Below are positions 23,752 through 36,720 of a DNA stretch of 64,000 nucleotides, one piece after another. The notes under the pieces are model-generated. The model searched no databases, was not told the DNA's origin, and saw only the letters and a program-made list of their open reading frames with translations. Position numbers and translations under genes: made by a program. Numbering within the stretch: position 1 is the stretch's first letter; every line of letters starts with the position of its first letter. The stretch is from Hydrolagus affinis (lineage: Eukaryota), in contig JAAILG010000874.1 of assembly GCA_012026655.1 (NCBI GenBank), positions 1-64,000 of the forward strand. Reading direction: 5' to 3'.

Positions 23752-26700
23752 TAAGGCTCTATATTCAAATGCAAGGATTACTATTATTATTATGTACAAA
23801 TCAATTATCACGAGATAGGAAAATAGATGGAGTTCCAGTTTCCTACCTGGAATTGCACTGCACACAGTAGTGAGACACATCCTTGTAAAGATAGCTCGAT
23901 ACAGGCGAGCAACAGCCCTGGGACTTGAATTAGTGATCTTCTTAATGAGAAAGCCAAGTGGGAGTTAAAAGACCGTTAAAAAGAGGTCCTATTCAGCCCA
24001 GTTATTGAAAAGTATAATGTTTCTGGAGGACCAGGGCCACTGGGGATATCAGTGCAATTCATCTGAAAGACAATTTCTGCTGTAACATAGTGGTTCCAAT
24101 TTCGATAGACTTCACACCTACTTTCTCATGGTCTGCCTTGATGCTATTCTGCTCATTCTGTAAATGCACAAGTTGGCAGGTGATTTGTAGGAATGGCTCA
24201 TGTGTAAAAATCTGACATTATTACTGTAACCACAAGAAATATTCCAAATATCTAGTGTCTCACAGTTTGCTGCCTACTGTGCACAAAAACAGCTCCTTGT
24301 GGCTAACATCTAGGCACTGGAGACCAATCCATGCTGTTACAAATCTGTAAACACTCTAATTAAAATTTAATCTAAATACCTTTCATCCCAATTCCATCAT
24401 CTACACTTCCCATACTATTTACTACACACCCAACCTTTCACCATTGCTCAGTGTAAGAATTTGGGAGACTTACGGCACCTTTTGCTTTGGGTAATTATCT
24501 CAAAGAGATTGTCTCACAGAGCTTTACAGACAGTGTGGGGGCACAACCTGGGGGTAGGCAAGGTGACATCCTGATGTGAAAAGCCCGATACTGGATTATT
24601 TATTTTTATTAAACTCAATTTTTTTTTAAGTTATGTCAAAATCATTTACTAATTTACGATTTGACTGCTGACGATAGACTTCAATCTGAAGGACACCGCC
24701 ATTGATCTTCACCTACCAGTGCTTTTTTCCTAAGTTATCCTTTCTTAATTTCCTTTTTTGTTGTTGATCTATTTAGTGAACAGTTATAAAAGGGAAAGAT
24801 GAATCTTTGTTGGCAGCACTGGACTCAGCTACACAATTCAGTCTTGAACCCAATCAACAGGATTAGTGTTGACCTGCATGGATCAGGATGGAAAAGATTC
24901 ACTGCACTGGATGGTAAATCAGCTCTCCTTTGCTCTGTTGGGAGGGTGAGTCTCCAACAAAGAACATTAAAATATAATTGATTCATAGAGGTATCGATTT
25001 AGCCTTTCTCAGACAAGTTGTTTCTCATCTTTAATAATCACAGCTATAGATGTACAGCTATTCATCTCCACTTGTGGCAATGACCAAAGTTCAGATGTCA
25101 AATCCAGCAAGGAGTAGGTGAGAAAAGAAAACAAACTGCTCCTGAATCGAATGAACATTAAAATTTCATCAAAGCTGTAACCGCTCTCAAAGCTGTTTAA
25201 GCAGTAGTTAGTTCAGAGTCAATAAGCCTCTAGGTAATCGTGCAACTCTACTTTGCTCTGAAAAAAAGACTAATGCAAAAATGTATTATTTTCTTGAAGT
25301 AAAATAAATGTTCCTCTTAAAGTAGACGCAGATAGAAAAAACACCATTGTTAATGGTGGCAGAAGATCACCTTGACATTATCTACAAAATGCAGAAAGCT
25401 TCCCAAAACCCATTCAAGGACAAAGAGAAAAGGTAATGCAACATTTACACCGAGTATTTCCACACAAGTGGGGGAGAACTATACCATTCATAAAATATTG
25501 CATAAACTCTGCAATCACAGTGGATGTTGATGGAAAAATTCCCCCGGCATGCCATCGGTTTAGCACACGTTGATCTAAAATTTTGGTTGATAACAACCAT
25601 GTAATGTAAGCTTAGGTCAGATTCATCAAAATATAATCATTTTCTGGTAAGAAATTTCGGGCAGCACCAGAGAAGCACATCATCATCCAGCTGCCAGATG
25701 TACCCATGGAGATGTATTACATTGTACTGTGTGCTTCAGTCACAATTCGATGAGAAGCTGATAAGAAACTACCATCCTTTTTGAAGATAATGGAAGTCTG
25801 AAAGATTGCCATTTAAGAAAATGTGCTGCATGAATATTACTTTGAGGAAACAGTCTACTTCCAATAGATTATTTTATTTCAACAATCTTTGAATCATCTT
25901 GAAACTTGACTGCCCCTGTATTCATTTTACTTAAATGCAAAAAGATGCTGACACCTTGATTATTTGTAGAACTTTTCATGTAAAGACTATTCAAAGTACT
26001 GCAAATTGTTCCAGAGAGAGTTGCCAAGGCCCTAGAGCTAACACAGAGCCTGATCCCCAGCAACAGATGGATGCAATATGAGGAAAGACAACGTAAATTA
26101 AGGCTTTTTAAAGAGCCTTAAATGATGCTTCAAATGGAGGCATCTTGAGGAATGCTTTAGAAATAATTAAGATGTTAAATGTGATTAAGAAAATAGAGTC
26201 AGAACAATGCTTTCAGATAAGGCAGCATAGTGCTGCGGTGAGAAGATGCTCAGGCAGGTATCTTGGAGGAATTAGATCAATAGTCTGAAAGATCTTTTTC
26301 TTCTGTACCTCCTTTTGGATTCTTTAAAAATAGTTGTTTTCTAATTATGTAGCACATTCAGGAAAACAAACAAAGGACAAACACAGGATCCAGTTTTACC
26401 AATATAATGTTGTTGCTTCACTCCCTTTTTCCTTTACTCAAGCTTGATGGCTTATGATGAGATACAGTTCCACTGGCCTAAACAAGATAGTGGTTGTCTA
26501 TGTGCTATCTCACCATGAAGAGGATGACAACCAGCCTTTCAACAAAGACAAATATTGCTTTCACCCATTGTGTAGCTATGCACAACACAGTACTTTACAG
26601 CACAGAATACCCATTTACGTTATCATGTCTGTGTCGTTCGTTTGAAAGTGGTGCTAGTGGTCTCAGCAGTAGACCCTTAAAATTAATAGAAACACATTCA

Positions 26701-26942
26701 AAGAGGGATCGTGAGATAATGTGATGATTATACAGACAGAGAAACCTGCCTGTCTGATCTAAGACCATCACATCATTTACAATTATTTATGAGAAAATCT
26801 CATTGCTAATCTAGAGAATCTATTTATTTAATCATTTTGATCGTTAATCCAGTGTGTGAGTTGGACATCAATGCCTTGTTTTGTGCAGAGACAATGACAA
26901 CTTTTGAAATAGAGTCTGTCTGCAGCTCGAGGTACATGGATT

Positions 26943-28078
26943 ACAATACAACAAATACAAACAACAATAAAATTACATTTTTAGAGCACCTTTCACATCA
27001 GGAGGACATCCCAAGGTCCCAAACAGTCAGGTTGGGACCCAAGCAAAGGGGAGGGGCAGTAGGGGGGAGGGGAGGGAGAGAGTTGGGAGGGCAGCATAAT
27101 CATTCATAATGATTCATAATCGAAGAGGAGGATGCCTTGAAGGAGGAAAGGGAGGAAGCGAGGCAAAGAAACTGTGGGATAGAGTTCCAGAGTGTGCAGG
27201 CAGAGAGGCTGAAAGCTCGTCCACCGATGGTAGGGTGGGTTGGGCATTAGACATGGAGCAGCCCGCTGAACAGAGGGGTCGGTCAGGTTTATTGGGGGAC
27301 AACAGGCCAGAGACATAGGAGGGGTAAAAGCCGTGAATGGCCTTGAAAGTTAGGACGAGGATCTTGAATTCAATCCTCTGGGGGATGTGGAGCCAAAGGA
27401 GCCACGCGAGGGTGGGAGTGATGTGGCCAGGGAGCTAGTTGCAGGAGAGGACACGAGCTGCAGAGTTCTAGATCATCTGTAACTTGAAAAGGGAAGAGCC
27501 AGGAAGTGGAAAGGTAGAGTTGGATGTCATCCGCAAACATGTGGAAATTTACCCCATGTCTGTGGGTGATGTCAACGAGGAGGAGCATGTAGAGGGTGAA
27601 GAGGAGGAGAACCAAGGACAGAGCCTTGAAGAATGCTGCACGAGACTGTGTGGGGGTTGGAGAAAAAGCCATTGGCGGTCACAAATTGGAGGCGGTGTGA
27701 AAGATAGGACCGGAACCATTCAAAGACAGAACCTTGAAAGTTGAGTTGAGAGGAGAGGCGGTGGAGGAGGATTGAGTGTCGAAGGCAGCAGATACGTCAA
27801 AGAGGATGAGGATGCAGGGGGAGCCTAAGTCACAAATGTTCAGGAAATAATTTGTGACCTTGACCAGAGCAGTTGGAGGGACTCATGGAGGGAGTGGGAT
27901 GAGAGGAAAGAGGAAAGCTGGGAGGCAACGACTCTTTTAAGGACCTTTGACAGAATAGGGAGTTTGTAGATGGGCCAGTAGCTTGAAACCTGCTATGCAT
28001 CAAGGGAAGGTTTCTTAATGGTGGAGGTGATGGTGGCTGTTTTGAATAGGATGGGATCGATGCCTGATGAAAGCGACA
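26943..28078 (-). mobile_element. L2-clade LINE fragment with RT domain remnant and 3' tail
   Basis: Minus strand encodes LLFTLYM...HGVNFHMFADDIQLYLS (RT YADD region). It carries internal deletions and an AAC-rich tail at the left. Confidence 0.92.
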
Positions 28079-30189
28079 ATAATCAGAGACGAGATCAGAA
28101 TGGGTTGCTCACACAGGATGGATACCCAGGATATATATAATTTAATCCATGAACAAATACAATTATTTATATCCCAGGGGTTTTCAGTTCTGTATTATTA
28201 CAGTTACAGTAATATCTGCAAATTGAATACTTATCCCCTGTGATCTTGGAAGCTGTACTTATGATGCTCATCAGCCCATGCTGAGATTTACTATGTTGAC
28301 TGGAATTTATAAAGTTGTGTAAGATGTTATCGAACTCTCTCCACGTGGCAGGTATTACCACACAGGTATTACCACTCCCAAACAGTAACTGCATTGATAA
28401 TATACCAAAGATAAAGTTATTAGCGCATAAGTAATGTCTCAAGTGTTTTTAAGTCAGCTGCAATTTTTTGGCTCAAATAAATATTATCAAACATGCAGAA
28501 ATGTCATTTTTGATGTTTATGTTGAGATGAATTGTATCTAAAATGTACAGTATGGGACGTTCTCCCGATGTGAAAGGCACTATACAAATGTAAATTGTGT
28601 TAAGCAGCCCTCCTAAGCAGCCCAGTGTATGAGCAATGATCAACAGCCTGTAATTGTAGACCTCATTTTGATGGCTCATCAGACTGAGCAAATTGTTCAG
28701 CTCAATTCTGACCAATTAATGTTCATTTATATTCATATGACTACCAATCTAACTTCCATTGAATATTAATCAACAATGAAACAAAATGATTCAAAGCCAT
28801 ATCTAAGTCACCACTGCATGAAAGGGCTGCACATGGCCAAGAAGCAGTGTAGAGGAGAGCAAAGATGCTGATCCTCAATGCTAGAGGAACGAGTTATAAC
28901 AAAGGATTAGCTAGCATTCCTACTTGTCAAATACAGATGAATTCTAGGGTGTATGGGTGGCTAGTTATTTGCTGGCATAGTACATTCATGATCTGAAGTT
29001 TGCTTTCTTAACTCGAGGATTAGCTGTTTCACATCCTTGCGTATCTGTAGTATCTATGTTCAAAGTTCAAAATCTTACAACACACAAACTCATTTAAGAA
29101 TCCCCTAAAAAACAACTATACTATTATTCACCTTGCTTGTATTTATTCCTTGTACATTTGCTATCATTCACTATACAAATGTAAATTTGTTGTTGTTGAA
29201 CTACTTTAGTGGATAGGGCTATATTCATTACCTTCTCAAATGCTCTTATATAATTAGATTGGTTCATCCAATCTTTCTATATATTTTCAAACTGTAAAAT
29301 AGTAAACTTATTGCATTCATATGGTGCCTTCTAAAAAAAAACAAGGCACTTACAGAATTACAATTTCAAATTGTGATGTGCACATAAAGAAAGAAAAAGC
29401 CTTTGAGAATATTCTGGGTTATTTACAAAAAACAAAACAAAGATATTTACTGAAAGTAAGGATGGTTCTGCATAAATCAACGGGAAAAAAAGGAGGGCAG
29501 AGAATGTTTGCAGTTTGAATTTGCTTAGTCCGACCTGTAAATTAATGCAATGCCATTCAGAAGAAAACATGCTCTAAGGTTTAACTGTGAAATCATGAAA
29601 ATATATTTTAATCCTCAAACGCGATAAAAGATTTCAGATGGCTTTGCTTTCGCCTCTTCAGTAGCAAAAGGCCTTTGGTTCACTCATCACATATAAGGAT
29701 ACATCCAATGTTTGAAACACTCAACACTTGAGAGTCCATTCTTTCAATACAGAGCAATTGTGTTTATGATTTTGTGCAATAAAAGAACAAAAGTCCCATT
29801 TTTAATCTTGGTTAGTTAAAAGAAATAGAAAATCAATGGCAAACACAAGTAAATAGAGAAATGCTTTGCATTAACCACTTGTATATCAACTTGCTTTGCT
29901 GCTTTCATTATGTAACAATAACAATAATCCTTGCATTTGATACAAGGCCTTCATGCTGGGAAGATGGCCCAAAGTGCTTCATTTGCTGTGAAATGGATTA
30001 CCGTCTATTTTTAGGTGAATGTGGCAGCCCAATTGTGCAGAGCAGTGTCCCACAGACAGGCATGAAATGAATGACCAATTTGATTTGGGGGCTTGCTGGC
30101 CAGTACACCAAGAGAAACTCAGTTCTCTTTTTCAATTCTACGATTAGATCTTTACTAGAACAGGCAGACAGGACCTTGGTTTGACATCT

Positions 30190-30741
30190 GGAATCCTGTA
30201 GCTGAGTGGTTAGAGTCGGCTTTCCTGCTCTCCTTCCCCGACCCCTCCCCTTCCATCTTTCCCCCGTTTTCCCTGAATCCCACTTCCATGACTGTTTGTG
30301 GGACACTGCTGTGTGCAATTTGGCTGCCGCATTTCGTCCACAAATATACAGTCCATTTTCCTACTTTTCTTCATCTTGCCCCGACCCCTCCCCCACAAGT
30401 CCCTACCTAACTGTACAGCGCTTTGGGACGTCCTCTCGACGTGAAAGACGCGATATAAATATAAGGATTGATTGATTGATTTGGGTTCAATTCCCAGCAA
30501 GGCAAATCCTTGGGCAAGTTTCCTTACTCCACGCGCCTGGTAATAACCCCTCAAATAAAAACAATAAGTAATTGGTCAGTTCAATCTATGACTGTTTATG
30601 GGACCTGCTGTGTACAATGGCTGTCACGTTTTGCCCACAAATATACAGTCAATTCACTTTACAGCATATGCTGTGAAGTGTTTTGAGACATCTAGAAGAT
30701 GTCAAAAGCGCCAAATCAAATGTAAGGATTATTATAATTAT
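30190..30741 (+). mobile_element. Young tRNA/Deu SINE interrupted in its tRNA head
   Basis: Head ggaatcctgtagctgagtggttagag stops at ~30215 and resumes at 30481 (ttgggttcaattcc). Confidence 0.9.
30214..30480 (+). mobile_element. Deu-domain retroelement with (GATT)n tail, copy 1
   Basis: Closely similar to 45240-45587: C-rich segment, Deu core, L2-type stem-loop and GATT repeats. Confidence 0.88.
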
Positions 30742-31028
30742 CATCTCATACAAAGGATTGTACCTTCAAAAATGCAACACATCCCCAGCACTGAATCAGA
30801 GTGTCATCTTAACAATGAGTCCAAGACCTGAAATGAAGCTTGAACCCCACCCACCCTTCTGATTCAGAAATGAGAGTAATACCATTGAGCCAGGCTGACT
30901 AACAAAAGATGCTATATTAAACATAGGGTGGGATCTAATTTGAGGTATTTCTAAATGGGATTCTTGGAATTCCCATTGAACTGCCGGAGTAAGTCATTAC
31001 AGTATTTGGAATACTAGCTCAATGTGCA

Positions 31029-31109
31029 GTCCTGTAGCTCAGTGGTTGGAGCACTTGTCTCACAAGGAGTGATAAGGCACTATATCAAATGCAAGGATTA
31101 TCATTATTA
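31029..31109 (+). mobile_element. Internally deleted SINE (head fused to tail)
   Basis: gtcctgtagctcagtggttggagcacttgtctcacaagg joined directly to gtgataaggcactatatcaaatgcaaggatta. Confidence 0.85.
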
Positions 31110-31129
31110 CTGCCACTCAGATCCCATTA

Positions 31130-31950
31130 TCTGTCAAAATATATAGAAATTAACAATATGATTACATAATAAAAAAGAGGTAATGCTACAGTTATATAGA
31201 ATTTTGTTCAGAAGAAACTTGTACAACTGTGTTCAGTTCTGGGTACTCGTTCTCAGGAATGGTCGTTATCCTTGAAGGCACCCAGCACAATTCATTAGAT
31301 CAACAACAACAACAAAATTACATTTATAGAGCGCCTTTCACTTCGGGAGGATGTCCCAAGGCGTTGAACCGTTAGGTCGGGACTCGAGCGAGTGTGGGGG
31401 GGTGGGTCGGGGTAGGGGGAAGGAGAGTAGGAAAGGATGGAGAGTTAGGAGGGAAGCAGAAGGCACAGTCGAAGAGGAAGGTCATGAGACCGGACTTAAA
31501 GGAGGAAAGGGAGGCAGCAAGGTTAAAGGGATTGCGGGATGGAGTTCCAGAGTGTGCGGGCAGAGAGGCTGAAAGCCCGGCCACCAATGGTAAAACGGTT
31601 TAAGTGGGGGACATGGAGCAGGCCAGATCCCACTGAATGAAGGGGATGGGCAGGCTAATAGGGAGACAGTAGGTCGGAGAGATAGGCAGTGGCAAGACCT
31701 TGAATGGCCTTGAAAGTGAGGACGAAGTACTTGAATTCGACCTTCTGGGAGATGGGGACCCAGTGGAGATGGGTGAGGTGAAAGTGATGTGGTCAAAGAT
31801 CAATATTTGAGCTAAAGGGGTTTAAGTATGAGAAGCTGGGTAAACTGGAATTATATTTCCTAGAGTTGAGGAGGTTAGGAAGTGTTCTGGTGGAGGTGTT
31901 TAAAATAATAAAATGCCAAGAGATAGGGAAGAACATGGTCCACTATGGTA
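31130..31950 (+). mobile_element. CR1-clade LINE ORF2 relic split by L2 insertion
   Basis: ...CVQFW... before the insertion and LKGFKYEKLGKLELY...RRLGSVLVEVFKIIK after it, resembling the CR1 ORF2 C-terminus. Confidence 0.7.
31304..31796 (-). mobile_element. L2-clade LINE 3' fragment with TSD
   Basis: (AAC)n tail, LHWVPISQKVEFK motif on minus, and 7-bp TSD agatcaa (31297-31303, 31797-31803). Confidence 0.92.
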
Positions 31951-34900
31951 CTAAATTGTATATTTCTACTATTTCGGAATTATGAATGTTAATGTGGCTG
32001 GGGGATAGAGTGAACACTTATTGCGTTTACCTTGGTGTAAAACTGTTCCCTTGGAGGATGCTTAACAGGCAATATAATTATATTTCTATCTCAATGATCA
32101 GGCAATTAATATCACATTTACATGCTAGAAATATATAACAGAAGATGTGGTGAGGATGATTGGTGCTTAGGTGTTCCTTTCCACAGGCTGAGCACTATTC
32201 TCCAGTTCTGCCTGGACATAATGTTGGTTTTCAGCCAGGGCGATGGTGCTAAGGTTCTCAGTGGAAGAAATGCTGACAGGGCCCCAGGTCAATGCAAATT
32301 ATCCACTGAACAGCTTTACGAGCAGCAAATCAGTCTACTATTCATTCCATTGCTTGGTATCTTTGTGGAATGACTCCAAATACAAATAAACAGAATCAAT
32401 CAAGCATTGTACACAGATTGAGTAAATATTTATTAAGGTGAACACTTGAACATGGTTGGCACCAACACAAAGCATATCAAGTACTGGAACATCATTTAGT
32501 GCCTGAAGTCCACCTAACTGCCGACTTCTTGAACTGGCCTACATCAATGAGAAGCACTGAACTTGGCTCAGCTTCACAGGAATGTGCAGAGCACCAGACA
32601 TAGAACCAATCGCTAGGCAGCTCTCAACCACCTCCTAGTGACTGGTTCAGGAGATGATTGGCAAAAAGAACTGATAGAGTGACCTTTTTGGCTGCTTCCA
32701 GTGGATAGGGAACAAAATAATAGTTTGCCAAGAATGTACAAAGATTAATTCCAGATAACTACAAAATTCACACTCGGGAACTGTGCTGAATCCCAGAAAA
32801 GATATTTTCACAAATCTTGTACAAAAAGTACAATTGCAGCAAATCTTGTGGTACAACACTAAAATAATAAGAGCTTTCAATGCACCAGCTGAATGTGTCA
32901 GAAAATCCAAATCTAAAGTTGTTTTGAGCTTTGGACTCTTATCGCAAGGATAAAATCACACTAAACGAGTGAGAGATTTAAGCTGGAGACGGGTATAGAA
33001 CCAGAGTCAAATCAAGCTGTATCTTAATAATAAACAAATCAAATTGAAGGAACAGCCTAAGGAGAGTGGACAGATGTTTACATATGATTTATTCGCTCCC
33101 TTGCTGATCAAAATCGCCTCAAGTATATGTCAGACAACCATTTTATCATATCAAGAGGAAGATCAAGAGCAAGCCTACCATTCGAGTTATTGCCCTGATT
33201 CCAGGCACTTTCAGAGGTTAATTCCCTTTGGCTCACCTTTACGGCTCCAAGCTACCACTAAAACTATCCATCAACTGTGTACAGCAGCCAGAGATACTAA
33301 CAGAAGTGCATTAAACTGAAGAGCAGTGGCCTGAATGGAAACCACATATAAACCCATAGGGTGTGGTTTCAAGAGAAAATAACAAATCAAGCAAATCTCC
33401 TTAGGGCAATGATCAATGCAGAAAATAATGGTTTTTAGCACTGCCCTATATCCAGAATCATATATCAACCTCATCAGCATACAGACTGTTCTGGTTGTGG
33501 AGTTTCTGCAGGTAGATACATCCTTTACCATATGGATAACATAGGCTAATGAAAGATTACCTTAAAGCCATTCAGATCATCACTTGTCGCAGAAGTCGCC
33601 TTTCACCCACATGGTAAAAATGAAATGGGAAAATTAAATTTTTTTAATTAAATTTAAAATTTATTACAACAACCAGTTGTATGGTGTCCTACACGCGGGG
33701 TTGCATTTCAGAGTGCTTATAATCACTTATGCCGTTACATTAGAACAGTTAGGCAAAAATAAAACGCAACACCAGGATTATATTATAAGAAAATTGGGAA
33801 ATTTTTGGAAAGATTCATCCATATTTAATAAGCTTGTTCCCATCAATATATTTTATTGAGTTATTAATATTTTAGGTTACAACGCTCCGCTCCACACTGC
33901 CACTGTGAATTGCAAGGAGGAATAAACCCTTCACTGATCACCTGAAAGGTCAATTAACAACAAAATTACATTTGTATAACGCCTTTCACAGGAAACTTCA
34001 GCAGCATGTGTTTTAAAATGACTTCACTCCATTCAAACAGGTCCAAATATTTCCCAAATGAGCAGAATAAAGGGGATTGGGTCAGGCAATTAGAAGGGTG
34101 GAAACCCATGTGAAATATAAGCTAGTGGGCTCAATGTCTTCTCTCGTCACTGTAATTTTCCATGTAATACTATGTCCATGTACTCTCATTTTAATTCTAC
34201 CTATATTCGTGATAAAGTGTGCATCATGAAAAATGACCTTTTAGTCCATTCCTAAAAATATACATACATTTAGCAGATTCATAATGAGGGTAATAATACA
34301 GGCTTTAATCTTAGAAACAAGATCACCAAGTATTATTCGCTCATAGATCACATTGACAGTTGAGTGCATTTCAAGTGACTGCTCCAAAATAAATTATTCA
34401 TGGTATAATTGTTGCTTCAAAAATTAGGTCTTGCTTTTTTAATATCACATTTTACCAAACCGATGAAATAGTTCTGAACATTATTTCTTTAAAGAAAGCC
34501 AATGACAAAGGAGGATCAGGGGGGAAAAAAAGTTCAACCAGGGATTTCCCCACAGCAGAAAAGTGCACAAAATTTTCCCCAACTCCCTCTGACTCAATTC
34601 CTTCCCTCCCCTCATTCGAAGTCCCTTTCACTTTTGGTCATCTTTCCCCTTCCTCGTCTCCCACCACTAGCTCTGGTGCCAGAGCATTGGCAAGCATTTT
34701 GAAACATCCTCCAACATGAAAGGTGCTAAATAAATATAAATTGCATTCCATTTGGAAGAGCAAGTTTGCAGTATTGATCCCAAATATTTGGTTAATAATT
34801 TTTGTGATAAAAACAAGCACCAGGGAAACATCTTGTTTCCCAATAGGATTCCAGTTTCCAAATTATTTTGTTCTCTATCCCCTCTCCCAACCCCAATAAG

Positions 34901-35474
34901 CTCATGCATAAAGAGAAAATCAATACACCATTATTAGACTGGCAATATCATGCACATATACATATTTTATTATTATTGAAAGTGGTTAGTGGATGTACTC
35001 ACATCCAATCGATGTGTACCAAAGAACAAGTCCAATTTTCTACCAGCGAATTATTTTCTCCCCAACCATTATTTACACTGAGGCAGAAGCATAGTTATTA
35101 ACTCTGTTTTGAGAAAGTGGACTGCCTGTACACAGCTCTTCATTCTAGGTACTCAAACCAATCAATAGCAATGCATAAGAAATATAAGTGCCAGTGTCTA
35201 CATTGAAAAGATGTACACTAACGAGACCATTGTCTGCTGTGTTTACTATTGTGGAAGTTTCAAAGGGAACATTAACTGCACAATGGAACCACAAATGCCC
35301 CTCAACTAAATCACACTATTATTATAATGCAGAATCATGTATTTATTTTTGGTTGTGATGGAGACAAGTAGGTGTACATAGTGAAATACTACATGTACAA
35401 CATGGTGCAGGAAGTTTTAAAAAAAACTGTCCTTACTAATATAGAGATGCAAGAACAGGCTTTATAACAGGCAT

Positions 35475-35581
35475 TCCACCCACAAAAATACAGTCAATTC
35501 ACTTTACAGTATATTCTGTGAAGCGCTTTGAGACATCTTTGTGAAAAGTGCTATATCAAAATGTACGGATTATTATTATTA
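35475..35581 (+). mobile_element. Young SINE 3' fragment
   Basis: cccacaaaaatacagtcaattcactttacag...ggattattattatt. Confidence 0.9.
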
Positions 35582-35979
35582 CAACTGTTCTACAGGATGC
35601 ATGCCCTGTTGGGATTCACTGTGCCTGATGGTTGGGTTCCCAGAATTGAGTCCAATAATTCTTACTCAAAGCATAGTTTCTAAGGTTGAGAAGATTCAGA
35701 TAACATCCCTTTCACATCCAAAATATCACACTCCAATAAAGTGAAAAGAGTAACTCTATATTCCACATGGATCAACTCTGAAACCAATGTCCCAGAAATA
35801 GATTGGCTGTAGAAAGTGATTAGGAATGTGAAGTCTCCACAGTGCTAGAATGGAACTTTTTTTTTGTTAGTTGAGAGATGTATTCATGTTGAGATCATAT
35901 TGGAATATGTATTAGGGAATACTTAAAACCGAAAAACTTCCTTCCCCTTCAATCATATCACCTGAGAAATACTCTTGCT

Positions 35980-36720
35980 CATAGAAATCAGAAAATGCTA
36001 CAGCACAGAAATAGGCCATTCAGCCCATTAGGTCTGTTCTGGTGATATATTGTGACATAAACCAATCTAATAGGAACCAAGGAACAGGAATAGGCCATTC
36101 AGTCCTTCCAGCCTGTTCTGCCATTTAACTAGTTCATGGCTGACCTGTACTTGAACTAAGCCTTGTAATTCCAATTTCACTCTTTCTCTCCATACCCATT
36201 AATACAATCCAAGTTTATGCAGCCTTTCCTCGTAGCTTAATCCTTTTAGGCCTGGTAAAATTCTGGTGAACTTAGGCTGCACCCCCTATGGAGCCAATAT
36301 ATCTTTCCTGAGGTGTGGTGCCCAAAACTGAATGCATTAAGTAACTCCAGATAGGGTCTGACTAATGCTCTATACAACTGAAGCATCATTTCTTACCCTT
36401 TGTTTTCAAGGCCCTTCAAGATAAAGGCCAACATTCCATTCGCCTTTTTGATTACTTTTTGTACCAAGGAACAATTTTTTTTGCGATTTGTGGACATGGG
36501 CACCCGAATCTTTTTGCTCCTCCATAGTTCTTAATTTCCCCCATTAAGAGATCTCCTGTTCACTTCTCACAGTTTTTTGGCATGTTTTCAAGAATGTATC
36601 CAATTCCTTTTTAAGAAATGTAATAGACTCTGCCTCAACTATCATGTGTAACAAAGAAATCCATATTCTCACTACCCGCTCCATTAAGAAATTCTTGCTA
36701 ACTTGTCTGCAATAAGTTCT
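35980..36720 (-). mobile_element. Cluster of CR1-clade LINE fragments
   Basis: Two 3' ends (aggccattcagcc/tcc at ~36014 and ~36092) plus ORF2-like pieces (gtgtggtgcccaaaactg = QFWAPH; FLMERVVRIW). Confidence 0.75.

Larger units (their letters stand above)
22203..23792 (+). mobile_element. SINE 3' fragment split by two hAT insertions
   Basis: Pieces 22203-22234, 22974-23034 and 23752-23792 join into a normal SINE 3' end once the TSDs are removed. Confidence 0.9.
29925..30895 (-). mobile_element. Old SacSINE1-like DeuSINE hosting nested insertions
   Basis: 29925-30189 (tail, Deu core, ggccagtacacca) and 30742-30895 (head, ...ccattgagcca) are collinear with 49885-50293. Confidence 0.75.
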
